This document shows, piece after piece, positions 1-7,369 of a stretch of DNA of 64,000 nt. The notes beneath the pieces were generated by a model. That model saw nothing but the letters and a program-made list of their open reading frames with translations. It was not told the DNA's origin and ran no database searches. Each line of letters begins with the position of its first letter. Within the stretch, counting starts at the first letter, position 1. Position numbers and translations under genes: made by a program. Location of the stretch: the NCBI GenBank assembly GCA_964532205.1, contig CAZHGQ010000005.1, forward strand, positions 1,520 to 65,519, written 5' to 3'. This DNA comes from an uncultured Candidatus Saccharibacteria bacterium (lineage in GTDB: Bacteria; Patescibacteriota; Minisyncoccia; Phycocordibacterales; JAKAEA01).

Positions 1-66
1 TTCCCACGAGAACTTTCAGAAAAAGGTTTTCAGTCAGTTATTTCATTAGCTCCTGAAGTAGTATAA
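1..66 (+). CDS. rplN: ribosomal protein L14, C-terminal fragment (gene starts upstream of window)
   Basis: Frame 1 reads FPRELSEKGFQSVISLAPEVV* which matches the conserved L14 C-terminus. It lies directly upstream of L24, in spc-operon order. Confidence 0.6.
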   Translation, partial: FPRELSEKGFQSVISLAPEVV

Positions 67-71
67 ACGTT

Positions 72-290
72 ATGAATATCAAGAAAGGCGACAACATCAT
101 AGTGCTCTCGGGTAAGGACAAGGGCAAGAAAGGCCAGGTAGTTAAGGCATTTCCAAAACTCAACAAAGTAATTATTGAGGGTGTTAACATGCGCAAGCGC
201 CACAAGCGTTCAACACGCCAGGGTGCTAAGGGTACAATCGTCGACATTGCACATCCAATTGATGCTTCAAACGTCCGCAAAGATAAATAA
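72..290 (+). CDS. rplX: 50S ribosomal protein L24 (short form)
   Basis: The track ORF starts MNIKKGDNIIVLSGKDKGKKGQVVKAFPKLNKVIIEGVNM, a KOW-domain L24 signature. It sits between L14 and L5. Confidence 0.85.
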   Translation: MNIKKGDNIIVLSGKDKGKKGQVVKAFPKLNKVIIEGVNMRKRHKRSTRQGAKGTIVDIAHPIDASNVRKDK

Positions 291-291
291 C

Positions 292-831
292 ATGCAATCA
301 GTAAAAGAAAAAAATAATAAGTCATTCGAAAACTTGAAGTCTCAGTTGGGTTTCAAGAATAAGATGCAGGCACCTCGCTTGGTGAAAGTAATTGTTTCAT
401 CAGGTGTTGGTTCTATCAAAGACAAAAAGCGCATCGAGCTCATCAGCAAGCGTATTGCTGAAATCACTGGTCAGAAAGCTGCACCTCGCGGCGCTAAGCA
501 GTCCATCTCAAACTTCAAAACCCGTCAGGGTGATGTTGTTGGCTACCAGGTAACCCTCCGTGGTCAGCGCATGTATGATTTCCTCGATCGTTTGCTCAAT
601 GTGGCTTTGCCTCGTACTCGTGACTTCCGCGGTATTTCGGCTAAGTCTGTTGATGACGTGGGCAATTACAGCCTCGGCATCAAGGAACACACTGTGTTCC
701 CAGAGACAGCCGACGAAGATATCAAGGATGTTTTCGGGGTAGGGATTACGGTTGTAACCACGTCGAAAGACAAAAAGGTAACCAAAGCCTTCTTGGAATA
801 CCTTGGTTTTCCGTTCAAAAAGGCAGAATAG
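292..831 (+). CDS. rplE: 50S ribosomal protein L5
   Basis: An internal ATG at 292 directly after the L24 stop gives MQSVKEKNNKSFENLKSQLGFKNKMQAPRLVKVIVSSGVG, an L5-like N-terminus. The track ORF 175..831 is extended 5' through the L24 overlap. Confidence 0.9.
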   Translation: MQSVKEKNNKSFENLKSQLGFKNKMQAPRLVKVIVSSGVGSIKDKKRIELISKRIAEITGQKAAPRGAKQSISNFKTRQGDVVGYQVTLRGQRMYDFLDRLLNVALPRTRDFRGISAKSVDDVGNYSLGIKEHTVFPETADEDIKDVFGVGITVVTTSKDKKVTKAFLEYLGFPFKKAE

Positions 832-918
832 CCTTAGTTTTAGGAGGTTTTATTGACAGTGGCCATTCTTCCTGATAGGATAGGCCACGAGCTCCGCAAG
901 AGCTTTTTACTTATCATT

Positions 919-1104
919 ATGGCAAAAACATCAACAGTTGCACGATCAAAAAAGACACCGAAATTCGCCAGCCGGGTAGTTCGACGATGTTTTCGTTGTG
1001 GTCGTAAGCGCGGTTACATGCGTGAATTCGATATGTGCCGTATCTGCTTCCGCGAACTTGCCAATGAAGGTATGATCCCGGGTATTAAGAAGTCATCGTG
1101 GTAA
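919..1104 (+). CDS. rpsZ: 30S ribosomal protein S14, zinc-binding type Z (61 aa)
   Basis: MAKTSTVARSKKTPKFASRVVRRCFRCGRKRGYMREFDMCRICFRELA carries the C-x2-C...C-x2-C zinc ribbon of short-type S14. It sits between L5 and S8. Confidence 0.9.
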   Translation: MAKTSTVARSKKTPKFASRVVRRCFRCGRKRGYMREFDMCRICFRELANEGMIPGIKKSSW

Positions 1105-1107
1105 TTT

Positions 1108-1491
1108 ATGGATACAATTTCTGACCTCATCATCAATATTAAGAACGCCAGCGCTGTTGGTAAAGAAACCACAACCGTGCCGTATTCAAAGCTCAAGGAA
1201 TCGATCCTCGAAGTCTTGTCAGCTGAAGGTTTTATTGCGCCTTTCAAAAAAGCTAAGAAAGATGCACGCACATTGGAAATCGGTTTGGTCTACGATGAAT
1301 ATGGTCCTCGCGTTAAAGGTGTTGAACGTGTTTCAAAACTTTCAAAGCGTCTTTACAGCGATGTGAAGAGTTTGAAACCTGTTAAGAATGGTCATGGTCT
1401 CATGATCCTCACAACTCCAAAGGGTATCATGACTGATGCTCAGGCTCGCAAGGCTAATGTCGGTGGTGAGCTCTTGTTTAAAATCTGGTAA
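1108..1491 (+). CDS. rpsH: 30S ribosomal protein S8
   Basis: The 127-aa ORF starts MDTISDLIINIKNASAVGKE, which is S8-like, and sits in the spc-operon position. Confidence 0.9.
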   Translation: MDTISDLIINIKNASAVGKETTTVPYSKLKESILEVLSAEGFIAPFKKAKKDARTLEIGLVYDEYGPRVKGVERVSKLSKRLYSDVKSLKPVKNGHGLMILTTPKGIMTDAQARKANVGGELLFKIW

Positions 1492-1495
1492 TTAT

Positions 1496-2023
1496 ATGTC
1501 ACGAATTGGAAAAAAAATCATAGCGATCCCTGCTAAGACTGAAGTAGCTGTTTCAGGTTCTAAAGTCTCAGTAAAGGGTCCAAAGGGTGCTCTCGAACGC
1601 GAATTCAATTCGTTCGTGACTGTAGCTGTGGCTGACGGTAAGGTTACGGTGACTCCAAAGAATGAAGAGGCTAATGCTCTCTGGGGTTCAGTCGCTTCAC
1701 ATCTTGAAAACATGGTAGAAGGTGTTAACCAGTTGTTCGTTAAGAAATTGATCCTCGAAGGTATTGGCTATAAAGCTGATGTGCGTGGTACAGAATTGGT
1801 TATGGCTTTGGGTTACTCACACCCAGTTCACATGAAAATTCCAACTGGTCTCACAGTTACTTCAGATAAAGGCATTGTGACAATTTCAGGTATCGACAAA
1901 GATGCAGTTGGTCAATTTGCTGCCGAAATCCGCGCTTGGAAAAAGCCTGAACCTTACAAGGGTAAAGGTTTCCGATATGAAGACGAAGTTATTCGCCGCA
2001 AGCAGGGTAAGAAGTCTGTATAG
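1496..2023 (+). CDS. rplF: 50S ribosomal protein L6
   Basis: An ATG at 1496 gives MSRIGKKIIAIPAKTEVAVSGSKVSVKGPKG, an L6-like start. The track ORF 1436.. is a 5' extension that overlaps S8. Confidence 0.9.
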   Translation: MSRIGKKIIAIPAKTEVAVSGSKVSVKGPKGALEREFNSFVTVAVADGKVTVTPKNEEANALWGSVASHLENMVEGVNQLFVKKLILEGIGYKADVRGTELVMALGYSHPVHMKIPTGLTVTSDKGIVTISGIDKDAVGQFAAEIRAWKKPEPYKGKGFRYEDEVIRRKQGKKSV

Positions 2024-2026
2024 TAT

Positions 2027-2377
2027 ATGAAAACACGTAATCCAAAAACAGAAAAACGAGAACGACGTCATCGTCGAATCCGCGCTAAGGTTCGTGGTAC
2101 TTCTGACATGCCACGTCTTTCAGTCTATAAGTCAAACAAGTTCATCTATGCTCAGCTCATCAACGATGACGCCGGTGCAACACTTGCCCATGTCTCGACT
2201 GCCGCTGTTTCTGGAAAGGGTTTGGTAGAAAAGGCCAAGCAGGCTGGTGCAGCTTTGGCCAAACTGGCTAAGGCTAAGAACATTACAAAGGTTGTCTTTG
2301 ATCGCGGTGGTTTCATTTACACTGGTCGAATCAAGGCATTGGCAGATGGCGCTCGAGAGGGTGGTCTAACATTTTAA
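2027..2377 (+). CDS. rplR: 50S ribosomal protein L18
   Basis: The 116-aa basic protein with ...[25 protein letters not shown] is L18-like. Confidence 0.9.
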   Translation: MKTRNPKTEKRERRHRRIRAKVRGTSDMPRLSVYKSNKFIYAQLINDDAGATLAHVSTAAVSGKGLVEKAKQAGAALAKLAKAKNITKVVFDRGGFIYTGRIKALADGAREGGLTF

Positions 2378-2382
2378 TATTT

Positions 2383-3000
2383 ATGGCAGAAGAAAACGTA
2401 CAACAGAAAACTCCAGCTCCAGCAGCACCTACAGCACCTCAGCACGCTGGCCCTCGCGCACCTCGTGGTGAATTCCGCAAGAATCCTCGCCGCGCTCCTC
2501 GTTCAGATGCCAAGGTTAAACCTGAATTCGATCAGAAAATTATCGACATTCGTCGTGTGACTCGTGTGGTTTCAGGTGGTCGCCGTTTCAGTTTCTCAGT
2601 TGCTCTTGTAGCCGGGGACAAGAAAGGTTCAGTTGGTGTCGGTATCGGTAAGGCAGGTGATACATCTCTTGCTATCGACAAGGCTTTGAAGAATGCAAAA
2701 AAGCATATGGTCAAAGTGCCTACCACAAAGGACATGTCAATTCCTTACGAAGTTACAGCTAAGTATGCCAGTGCTGTAGTGACTATGGCGCCAAATCCAG
2801 GCCGTGGAGTTGTGGCTGGTAGCTCAGTTCGTACTGTTATCGAATTAGCTGGTATCAAAAATATTGGTGCTAAGCTCCGCTCAGGTTCAAAGAATCGTCT
2901 CAACAATGCTCGTGTAGCGATTGCTGCTTTGAAACAGCTTACTCCTCACCGCCGTGTCCTACTCTCACGCCGAAACGCGTCAACGGTTGAAGCTAAATAA
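2383..3000 (+). CDS. rpsE: 30S ribosomal protein S5
   Basis: IDIRRVTRVVSGGRRFSFSVALVAGDKKGSVGVGIGKA matches the S5 dsRBD/S5 domain-2 signature. Confidence 0.9.
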   Translation: MAEENVQQKTPAPAAPTAPQHAGPRAPRGEFRKNPRRAPRSDAKVKPEFDQKIIDIRRVTRVVSGGRRFSFSVALVAGDKKGSVGVGIGKAGDTSLAIDKALKNAKKHMVKVPTTKDMSIPYEVTAKYASAVVTMAPNPGRGVVAGSSVRTVIELAGIKNIGAKLRSGSKNRLNNARVAIAALKQLTPHRRVLLSRRNASTVEAK

Positions 3001-3010
3001 TTGTAAAACC

Positions 3011-3454
3011 ATGCAGATCAATAATCTCAAAAGAAAAACACCTAATCGCAAGCGCATGATTGTCGCTCGTTGTGGTAAGAGTGGCAAGACAGCGGGCCGT
3101 GGTACGAAGGGTCAGAAGGCGCGTGCTGGTCACAAAATCCGTCCTGAACTTCGCGATATCATTAAGCGAATTCCAAAGATGCGTGGCCGTGGTAAAAATA
3201 GCAACGTATCATTTTACGAAAAGCCAGTTGTACTCAATCTCGATGCTATCGAATTACTCTTTGCTAATGGTGAGACAGTTTCTCGAACAACCCTTATTGA
3301 AAAAGGTCTTGTTTCAATGCGTAATGGTAAAGTGCCAGCCCTAAAGATTCTTGGGGATGGTACACTTACCAAGAAGGTCACAATTAAAGGCCTCCCAGTC
3401 TCACAGTCTGCTAAAGCCAAGATTGAAAAGGCAGGAGGAGTAATCAATGAATAA
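3011..3454 (+). CDS. rplO: 50S ribosomal protein L15
   Basis: An ATG at 3011 gives MQINNLKRKTPNRKRMIVARCGKSGKTAGRGTKGQKARAGH, an L15-like start. It lies only ~10 nt after the S5 stop, so no L30 gene lies between them. Confidence 0.85.
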   Translation: MQINNLKRKTPNRKRMIVARCGKSGKTAGRGTKGQKARAGHKIRPELRDIIKRIPKMRGRGKNSNVSFYEKPVVLNLDAIELLFANGETVSRTTLIEKGLVSMRNGKVPALKILGDGTLTKKVTIKGLPVSQSAKAKIEKAGGVINE

Positions 3455-4718
3455 ATTTTCAGAAAAACTTCGACTCATCCTTGCGGATCGGACTCTCGTT
3501 AAGCGAATTTTTATAACCATAGTTTTGCTCGTTGTCTTCCGACTTCTAGCAGCTATTCCTATTCCTGGTATTGATGCAATTCGCCTCAATCAGCTTTTTA
3601 GTGGCAACCAGTTCCTAGGCTTGCTCAACGTTTTCTCTGGTGGCGGTCTTTCAAACCTGTCGATCGTGATGCTCGGTGTTGGTCCATACATCACGTCAAC
3701 AATTATCATGCAGTTGTTGACGTTACTCTCACCACGTCTCAAGGCTATGTATCAGGAAGAAGGTCAGCTTGGCCGACGTAAGTTTGCTCAATACTCACGC
3801 ATGCTCTCTGTACCTCTGGCTATCTTGCAAGCTTTCGGTTTTCTTATTTTGTTCCAGAAGCAGGGTATTCTCGATCCACTTGGTTCATTTGAACTCATTC
3901 GAAATATTTTGATCGTGACTGCCGGTTCAATCTTCTTGATGTGGCTCGGTGAACGCATCAGCGAATTCGGTATTGGTAATGGCCTCTCGCTTATCATCTT
4001 CGGTGGTATCGTAGCTTCATTCCCACTTTCTGTTGGTCGCCAGATTTATTCATACGATCCATCACAGTTGCCAATGTATTTAGCAATCATTGCCGGTGCT
4101 ATTGTTGTTATCTATGCTGTGGTAGTTATCACTGAAGCTGAACGACCAATTCCCGTAACGTACGCCAAGCAGGTGAGGGGTAATAAAGTCTACGGTGGTG
4201 TTTCAACATATTTGCCATTACGACTCAACCAGGCCGGTGTGATCCCAATTATCTTTGCATTGTCTTTGATGCTTTTCCCTCAAGTTATCTTCGGTTTCTT
4301 GGCCCAGGTTAAGAATGCCACACTAGCCGCATGGGCTCTTAAGGGCGAGCAATTGCTGCAAAATCAGTGGGTCTACAATATTGCTTACTTCTTACTGGTA
4401 TTCGTCTTCACATACTTCTACACAGCGGTAACATTTGATCCAAACAGCATTTCAGAAAATTTGCAGAAGAATGGCGCTTTCATTCCAGGTGTGCGCCCAG
4501 GTCAGTCGACAGCCGCTCACATCTCACGAATTCTGACGCGCCTCACTGCGTTCGGCGCCCTCTTCCTGGCTATCATTGCTATCTTGCCGCTGGTTGTCCG
4601 AGCCACAACTGGTTTCACTTCGGTGGCGATCGGTGGTACTGCATTGCTCATCGTCGTCTCAGTGGTTATCGATTTGATCCGACGTACTGACGCTCAGATC
4701 TCGATGCGGGAGTATTAA
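3447..4718 (+). CDS. secY: preprotein translocase subunit SecY
   Basis: The 423-aa multi-TM protein is in the canonical position after L15 and overlaps the L15 stop by 8 nt (ATGAATAA). Confidence 0.95.
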   Translation: MNKFSEKLRLILADRTLVKRIFITIVLLVVFRLLAAIPIPGIDAIRLNQLFSGNQFLGLLNVFSGGGLSNLSIVMLGVGPYITSTIIMQLLTLLSPRLKAMYQEEGQLGRRKFAQYSRMLSVPLAILQAFGFLILFQKQGILDPLGSFELIRNILIVTAGSIFLMWLGERISEFGIGNGLSLIIFGGIVASFPLSVGRQIYSYDPSQLPMYLAIIAGAIVVIYAVVVITEAERPIPVTYAKQVRGNKVYGGVSTYLPLRLNQAGVIPIIFALSLMLFPQVIFGFLAQVKNATLAAWALKGEQLLQNQWVYNIAYFLLVFVFTYFYTAVTFDPNSISENLQKNGAFIPGVRPGQSTAAHISRILTRLTAFGALFLAIIAILPLVVRATTGFTSVAIGGTALLIVVSVVIDLIRRTDAQISMREY

Positions 4719-4735
4719 AATTTTGATTATAAAAA

Positions 4736-4768
4736 GAAAAACACCTCAACTTGTGGGGTGTTTTTTTG
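4736..4768. terminator. rho-independent terminator (bidirectional) after secY
   Basis: Hairpin ACACC..GGTGT followed by T7 at 4761-4767; the reverse complement has an A/T run on the other side. Confidence 0.6.
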
Positions 4769-4776
4769 TTTGAGAA

Positions 4777-5172
4777 CTAGAAATAATCTTGAACTGCATC
4801 GGTAAATTTTTTTGCTAGATTTTTTCCTTTGCTAGTGAGGGTAATAATGTGGGACCGAGCATCCTGCTTGCACATGGTACGAATAGCAAATCCCTTTTGG
4901 ATGAGTCGTCTGATATGTGTGCTCGCAGTATTGTGTGGAATCTCCAAGGTGTTGCACATCAACTTGACCCGGCACGAACCATCAAGATGGAAAACCAGCA
5001 ACAATATGACTGCCTCACGAAGTGATAGGCTGTGTTTTGTCGAAAGTAGCATAACGTCGGCCATTGTGCAGTAGAGAAGTTTTGCTTGCAACTGAGGATC
5101 CATAGCGTCTCCCAAAGAACGAGTCGTTAAATAAAACTTTGCAAACATTACCACGTATTTAGAAACATACAA
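4777..5172 (-). CDS. MarR-family winged-helix transcriptional regulator (putative)
   Basis: 131 aa; the central segment ...TASTHIRRLIQKGFAIRTMCKQDARSHIITLTSKGKNLAKKF resembles the MarR recognition helix plus wing. Confidence 0.55.
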   Translation of the reverse strand: MYVSKYVVMFAKFYLTTRSLGDAMDPQLQAKLLYCTMADVMLLSTKHSLSLREAVILLLVFHLDGSCRVKLMCNTLEIPHNTASTHIRRLIQKGFAIRTMCKQDARSHIITLTSKGKNLAKKFTDAVQDYF

Positions 5173-5223
5173 GTAGACGTAAAAAGCCGCTGGATGAAAT
5201 CCAGCGGCTTTGGTTTTTGGGTG

Positions 5224-5346
5224 TCAGCCACTTATTAACATTACACAGATTGCGAATACTACTAATGCTACTGCCAGTAGGCCGGCAATCAAAGCGTATT
5301 CGATAGTGTCACTGTTAATCCCACACCGTTTCCAGAAAGAACTCAT
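5224..5346 (-). CDS. Flp/Fap-family pilin-like micro-protein (40 aa)
   Basis: Not in the ORF track because it is under 60 aa. It reads MSSFWKRCGINSDTIEYALIAGLLAVALVVFAICVMLISG*. An RBS AAGGAGAA lies upstream, and the TIEYALIAGLLAVAL core is Flp-like. Confidence 0.45.
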   Translation of the reverse strand: MSSFWKRCGINSDTIEYALIAGLLAVALVVFAICVMLISG

Positions 5347-5366
5347 GTTTCTCCTTGTGTTCGTTG

Positions 5367-5531
5367 TTATCGATCGTTCTGTTGGATGGTCTGCGTAGAG
5401 TGCTGATTCAGGATTTTCCGACCTACGGTCAGATAAACCGCCAAAAGGGCAACGGCCACTAGGCCGAGAATCAGTGCGTACTCAAGGATTTCTCCTCCCC
5501 AGGGCCGCATCTTTGGACGGTAATTGGTCAT
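5367..5531 (-). CDS. Flp/Fap-family pilin (54 aa)
   Basis: It reads MTNYRPKMRPWGGEILEYALILGLVAVALLAVYLTVGRKILNQHSTQTIQQNDR*. The G-x4-EY motif (G/EILEY) followed by a hydrophobic helix is the Flp prepilin signature. An RBS AAGGAA lies upstream. Confidence 0.55.
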   Translation of the reverse strand: MTNYRPKMRPWGGEILEYALILGLVAVALLAVYLTVGRKILNQHSTQTIQQNDR

Positions 5532-5628
5532 AAGTTCCTTTCGTTTAGTCTGCTAGTATTATAGCATATATATAGCCTATGTGTCAAGGACTATAATAGG
5601 GCCTAAAAATAGGGTATTATGGCCATAT

Positions 5629-6219
5629 ATGAAACCTCAAACATTCATCTTTTTCGGTCGTTCAGGCTGTGGCAAAGGCACTCAAGCCCAGCTTATAATG
5701 GACCGTCTGCACAAGGCAGATCCTAGTCATAAAGTCATTTATATCGAGTCAGGTGCCAAATTACGTGAGTTTGCGGATGAGGTCGGCCTCTCAGCAGAAT
5801 TGACTCGCGATACCATGGCTAAAGGCGGTTTATTGCCTTCATTTATTCCAATCTGGATTTGGGCTAATACCTTCGTGCGTCACATGACGGGCGCTGAGCA
5901 CGTGGTCATGGATGGTCTGTCACGCCGTATTTATGAAGCGCCAGTTTTGGATGATGCGCTCAAGTTTTATAAGCGCGAGCAGCCGATTGTGATTTCTATG
6001 GAAGTTAGCCGCGACTGGTCGCGCAATCGGCTGCTCGCGCGTGGCCGAGCCGACGACAATAAGCAAGACATTGAAGAGCGCCTAAACTGGTACGATGAAA
6101 ATGTTTTGCCAACAATTGAATACTTTAAAACAAATCCGTACTACAAATTTATCAGCGTAAATGGCGAACAGTCTATAGAACAGGTTGCTGAAGAAATTAA
6201 AGCCAAAACCGGAATTTAA
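5629..6219 (+). CDS. adk: adenylate kinase-like nucleoside monophosphate kinase
   Basis: A start at MKPQTFIFFGRSGCGKGTQAQLI gives the P-loop GxxGxGKGTQ. It sits between secY and map as in the conserved spc/alpha region. Confidence 0.8.
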   Translation: MKPQTFIFFGRSGCGKGTQAQLIMDRLHKADPSHKVIYIESGAKLREFADEVGLSAELTRDTMAKGGLLPSFIPIWIWANTFVRHMTGAEHVVMDGLSRRIYEAPVLDDALKFYKREQPIVISMEVSRDWSRNRLLARGRADDNKQDIEERLNWYDENVLPTIEYFKTNPYYKFISVNGEQSIEQVAEEIKAKTGI

Positions 6220-6983
6220 TGGTTACGATTAAGACAAAAGAAGAAATTGAAATATTGCGTGAGGGCGGGAAGCGCCTGGCGCGGATTTTGGCCGCCGTCG
6301 CGGCTGAGGCTAAGGCGGGTGTATCTGCTGATGTCCTCGATAAGTTAGCTGAAAAACTCATCCGCGATGGCGGTGACACCCCAGCCTTTCTCGGTCACAA
6401 AGGCAAAACAGAAAAAGTGGGCTACCCAGCTTCATTGTGTGTATCAGTCAATGATGAAGTTGTGCATGGTTTGCCGCTTAAATCAAAAGTTTTTAAAGAT
6501 GGTGACGTAGTTGGTCTTGATCTCGGTCTTATTCACAAAGGCCTTTACACCGATCATGCTGTGACTGTTGCTATTGGCGATATTTCACCTGAGGTCAAGA
6601 CATTACTGGAAATGACCAAGAAAGCACTTAATGTTGGCATTAAAGCTGCAAAGCCCGGCAAGAAAACAGGTGATGTCGGCTGGGCGATAGAGCAAGCAGT
6701 GCGCGGTCATAACTACGGCATCATTGAAGAATTGTCTGGCCACGGCGTAGGTTATGCTGTGCACGAAGATCCGTTTGTGCCAAACTTTGGCGTCAAAAAT
6801 GAAGGTGTAGAGCTCAAGCCAGGTATGGTCATAGCCATTGAGCCAATGTTTACACTTGGCTCTGCGGATATTGAAATCGGCAAAGATGGTTATGCGTATC
6901 GTACCGTTGATGGTTCAATCGGTGCGCATTTTGAACATACGATTGTGATTACGGAAAAAGGTTCTGAAATTTTGACACAATAG
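6219..6983 (+). CDS. map: type I methionine aminopeptidase
   Basis: 254-aa protein with the MetAP-I metal ligands (D..D...H..E..E context: VGLDLG..., HGVGYAVHEDP, IAIEPMF). Confidence 0.95.
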   Translation: MVTIKTKEEIEILREGGKRLARILAAVAAEAKAGVSADVLDKLAEKLIRDGGDTPAFLGHKGKTEKVGYPASLCVSVNDEVVHGLPLKSKVFKDGDVVGLDLGLIHKGLYTDHAVTVAIGDISPEVKTLLEMTKKALNVGIKAAKPGKKTGDVGWAIEQAVRGHNYGIIEELSGHGVGYAVHEDPFVPNFGVKNEGVELKPGMVIAIEPMFTLGSADIEIGKDGYAYRTVDGSIGAHFEHTIVITEKGSEILTQ

Positions 6984-7026
6984 TAGGATCAAGATATATC
7001 AAAGCTGATATTGTTATAAAGAGAAA

Positions 7027-7061
7027 CCGGCAAGGTAGGCGACCTACCTTGCCGGTTTTTT
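7027..7061 (+). terminator. rho-independent terminator after map
   Basis: A 13-bp stem CCGGCAAGGTAGG/CCTACCTTGCCGG is followed by T6. Confidence 0.8.
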
Positions 7062-7179
7062 GCTACTATATCCAATCTGATATAAAGTTCGATGTTTGCC
7101 AGAACAGTCTCATACTTAGAGTATTTTCTATTGGCAATTTCATTTCGACTACCGCTCTTTAAAGCAATAAATTATAAAT

Positions 7180-7284
7180 ATATCGATTTGGATATAATGA
7201 CCAAAATCAGAAAAGTCGTGTGTCCGGACTTTATTTGAAAACACCTTTTTATATCAACAAAGATACCTATATCAAATTTGATAT
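7180..7284. promoter_or_regulatory. two ATATC-N6-GATAT palindromic operator-like sites upstream of the 7370 gene
   Basis: ATATCGATTTGGATAT at 7180-7195 and ATATCAAATTTGATAT at 7269-7284 (within the 20-bp perfect palindrome 7267-7286). A half-site ATATCAACAAAGATAC lies at 7251-7266. A -10 box TATAAT at 7356-7361 sits 8 nt before the ATG, so the mRNA may be leaderless. Confidence 0.55.
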
Positions 7285-7369
7285 AGTCAGCGCTCTGGAC
7301 AGGCTTACTAATTGTTTAATACAAATTATCCCTACGAACAGACATAGTACTGTTGTATAATGGCTCTAT

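Noticed and set aside
175-291. 5' extension of the L5 ORF (track ORF 175..831) overlapping L24
   Set aside because: The extension is translated in another frame of the L24 gene. An ATG at 292 directly after the L24 stop gives the conserved L5 N-terminus.
38-325. 95-aa minus-strand ORF overlapping rplX/rplE
   Set aside because: It lies antisense to highly conserved ribosomal protein genes with clear homology; it is a typical shadow ORF.
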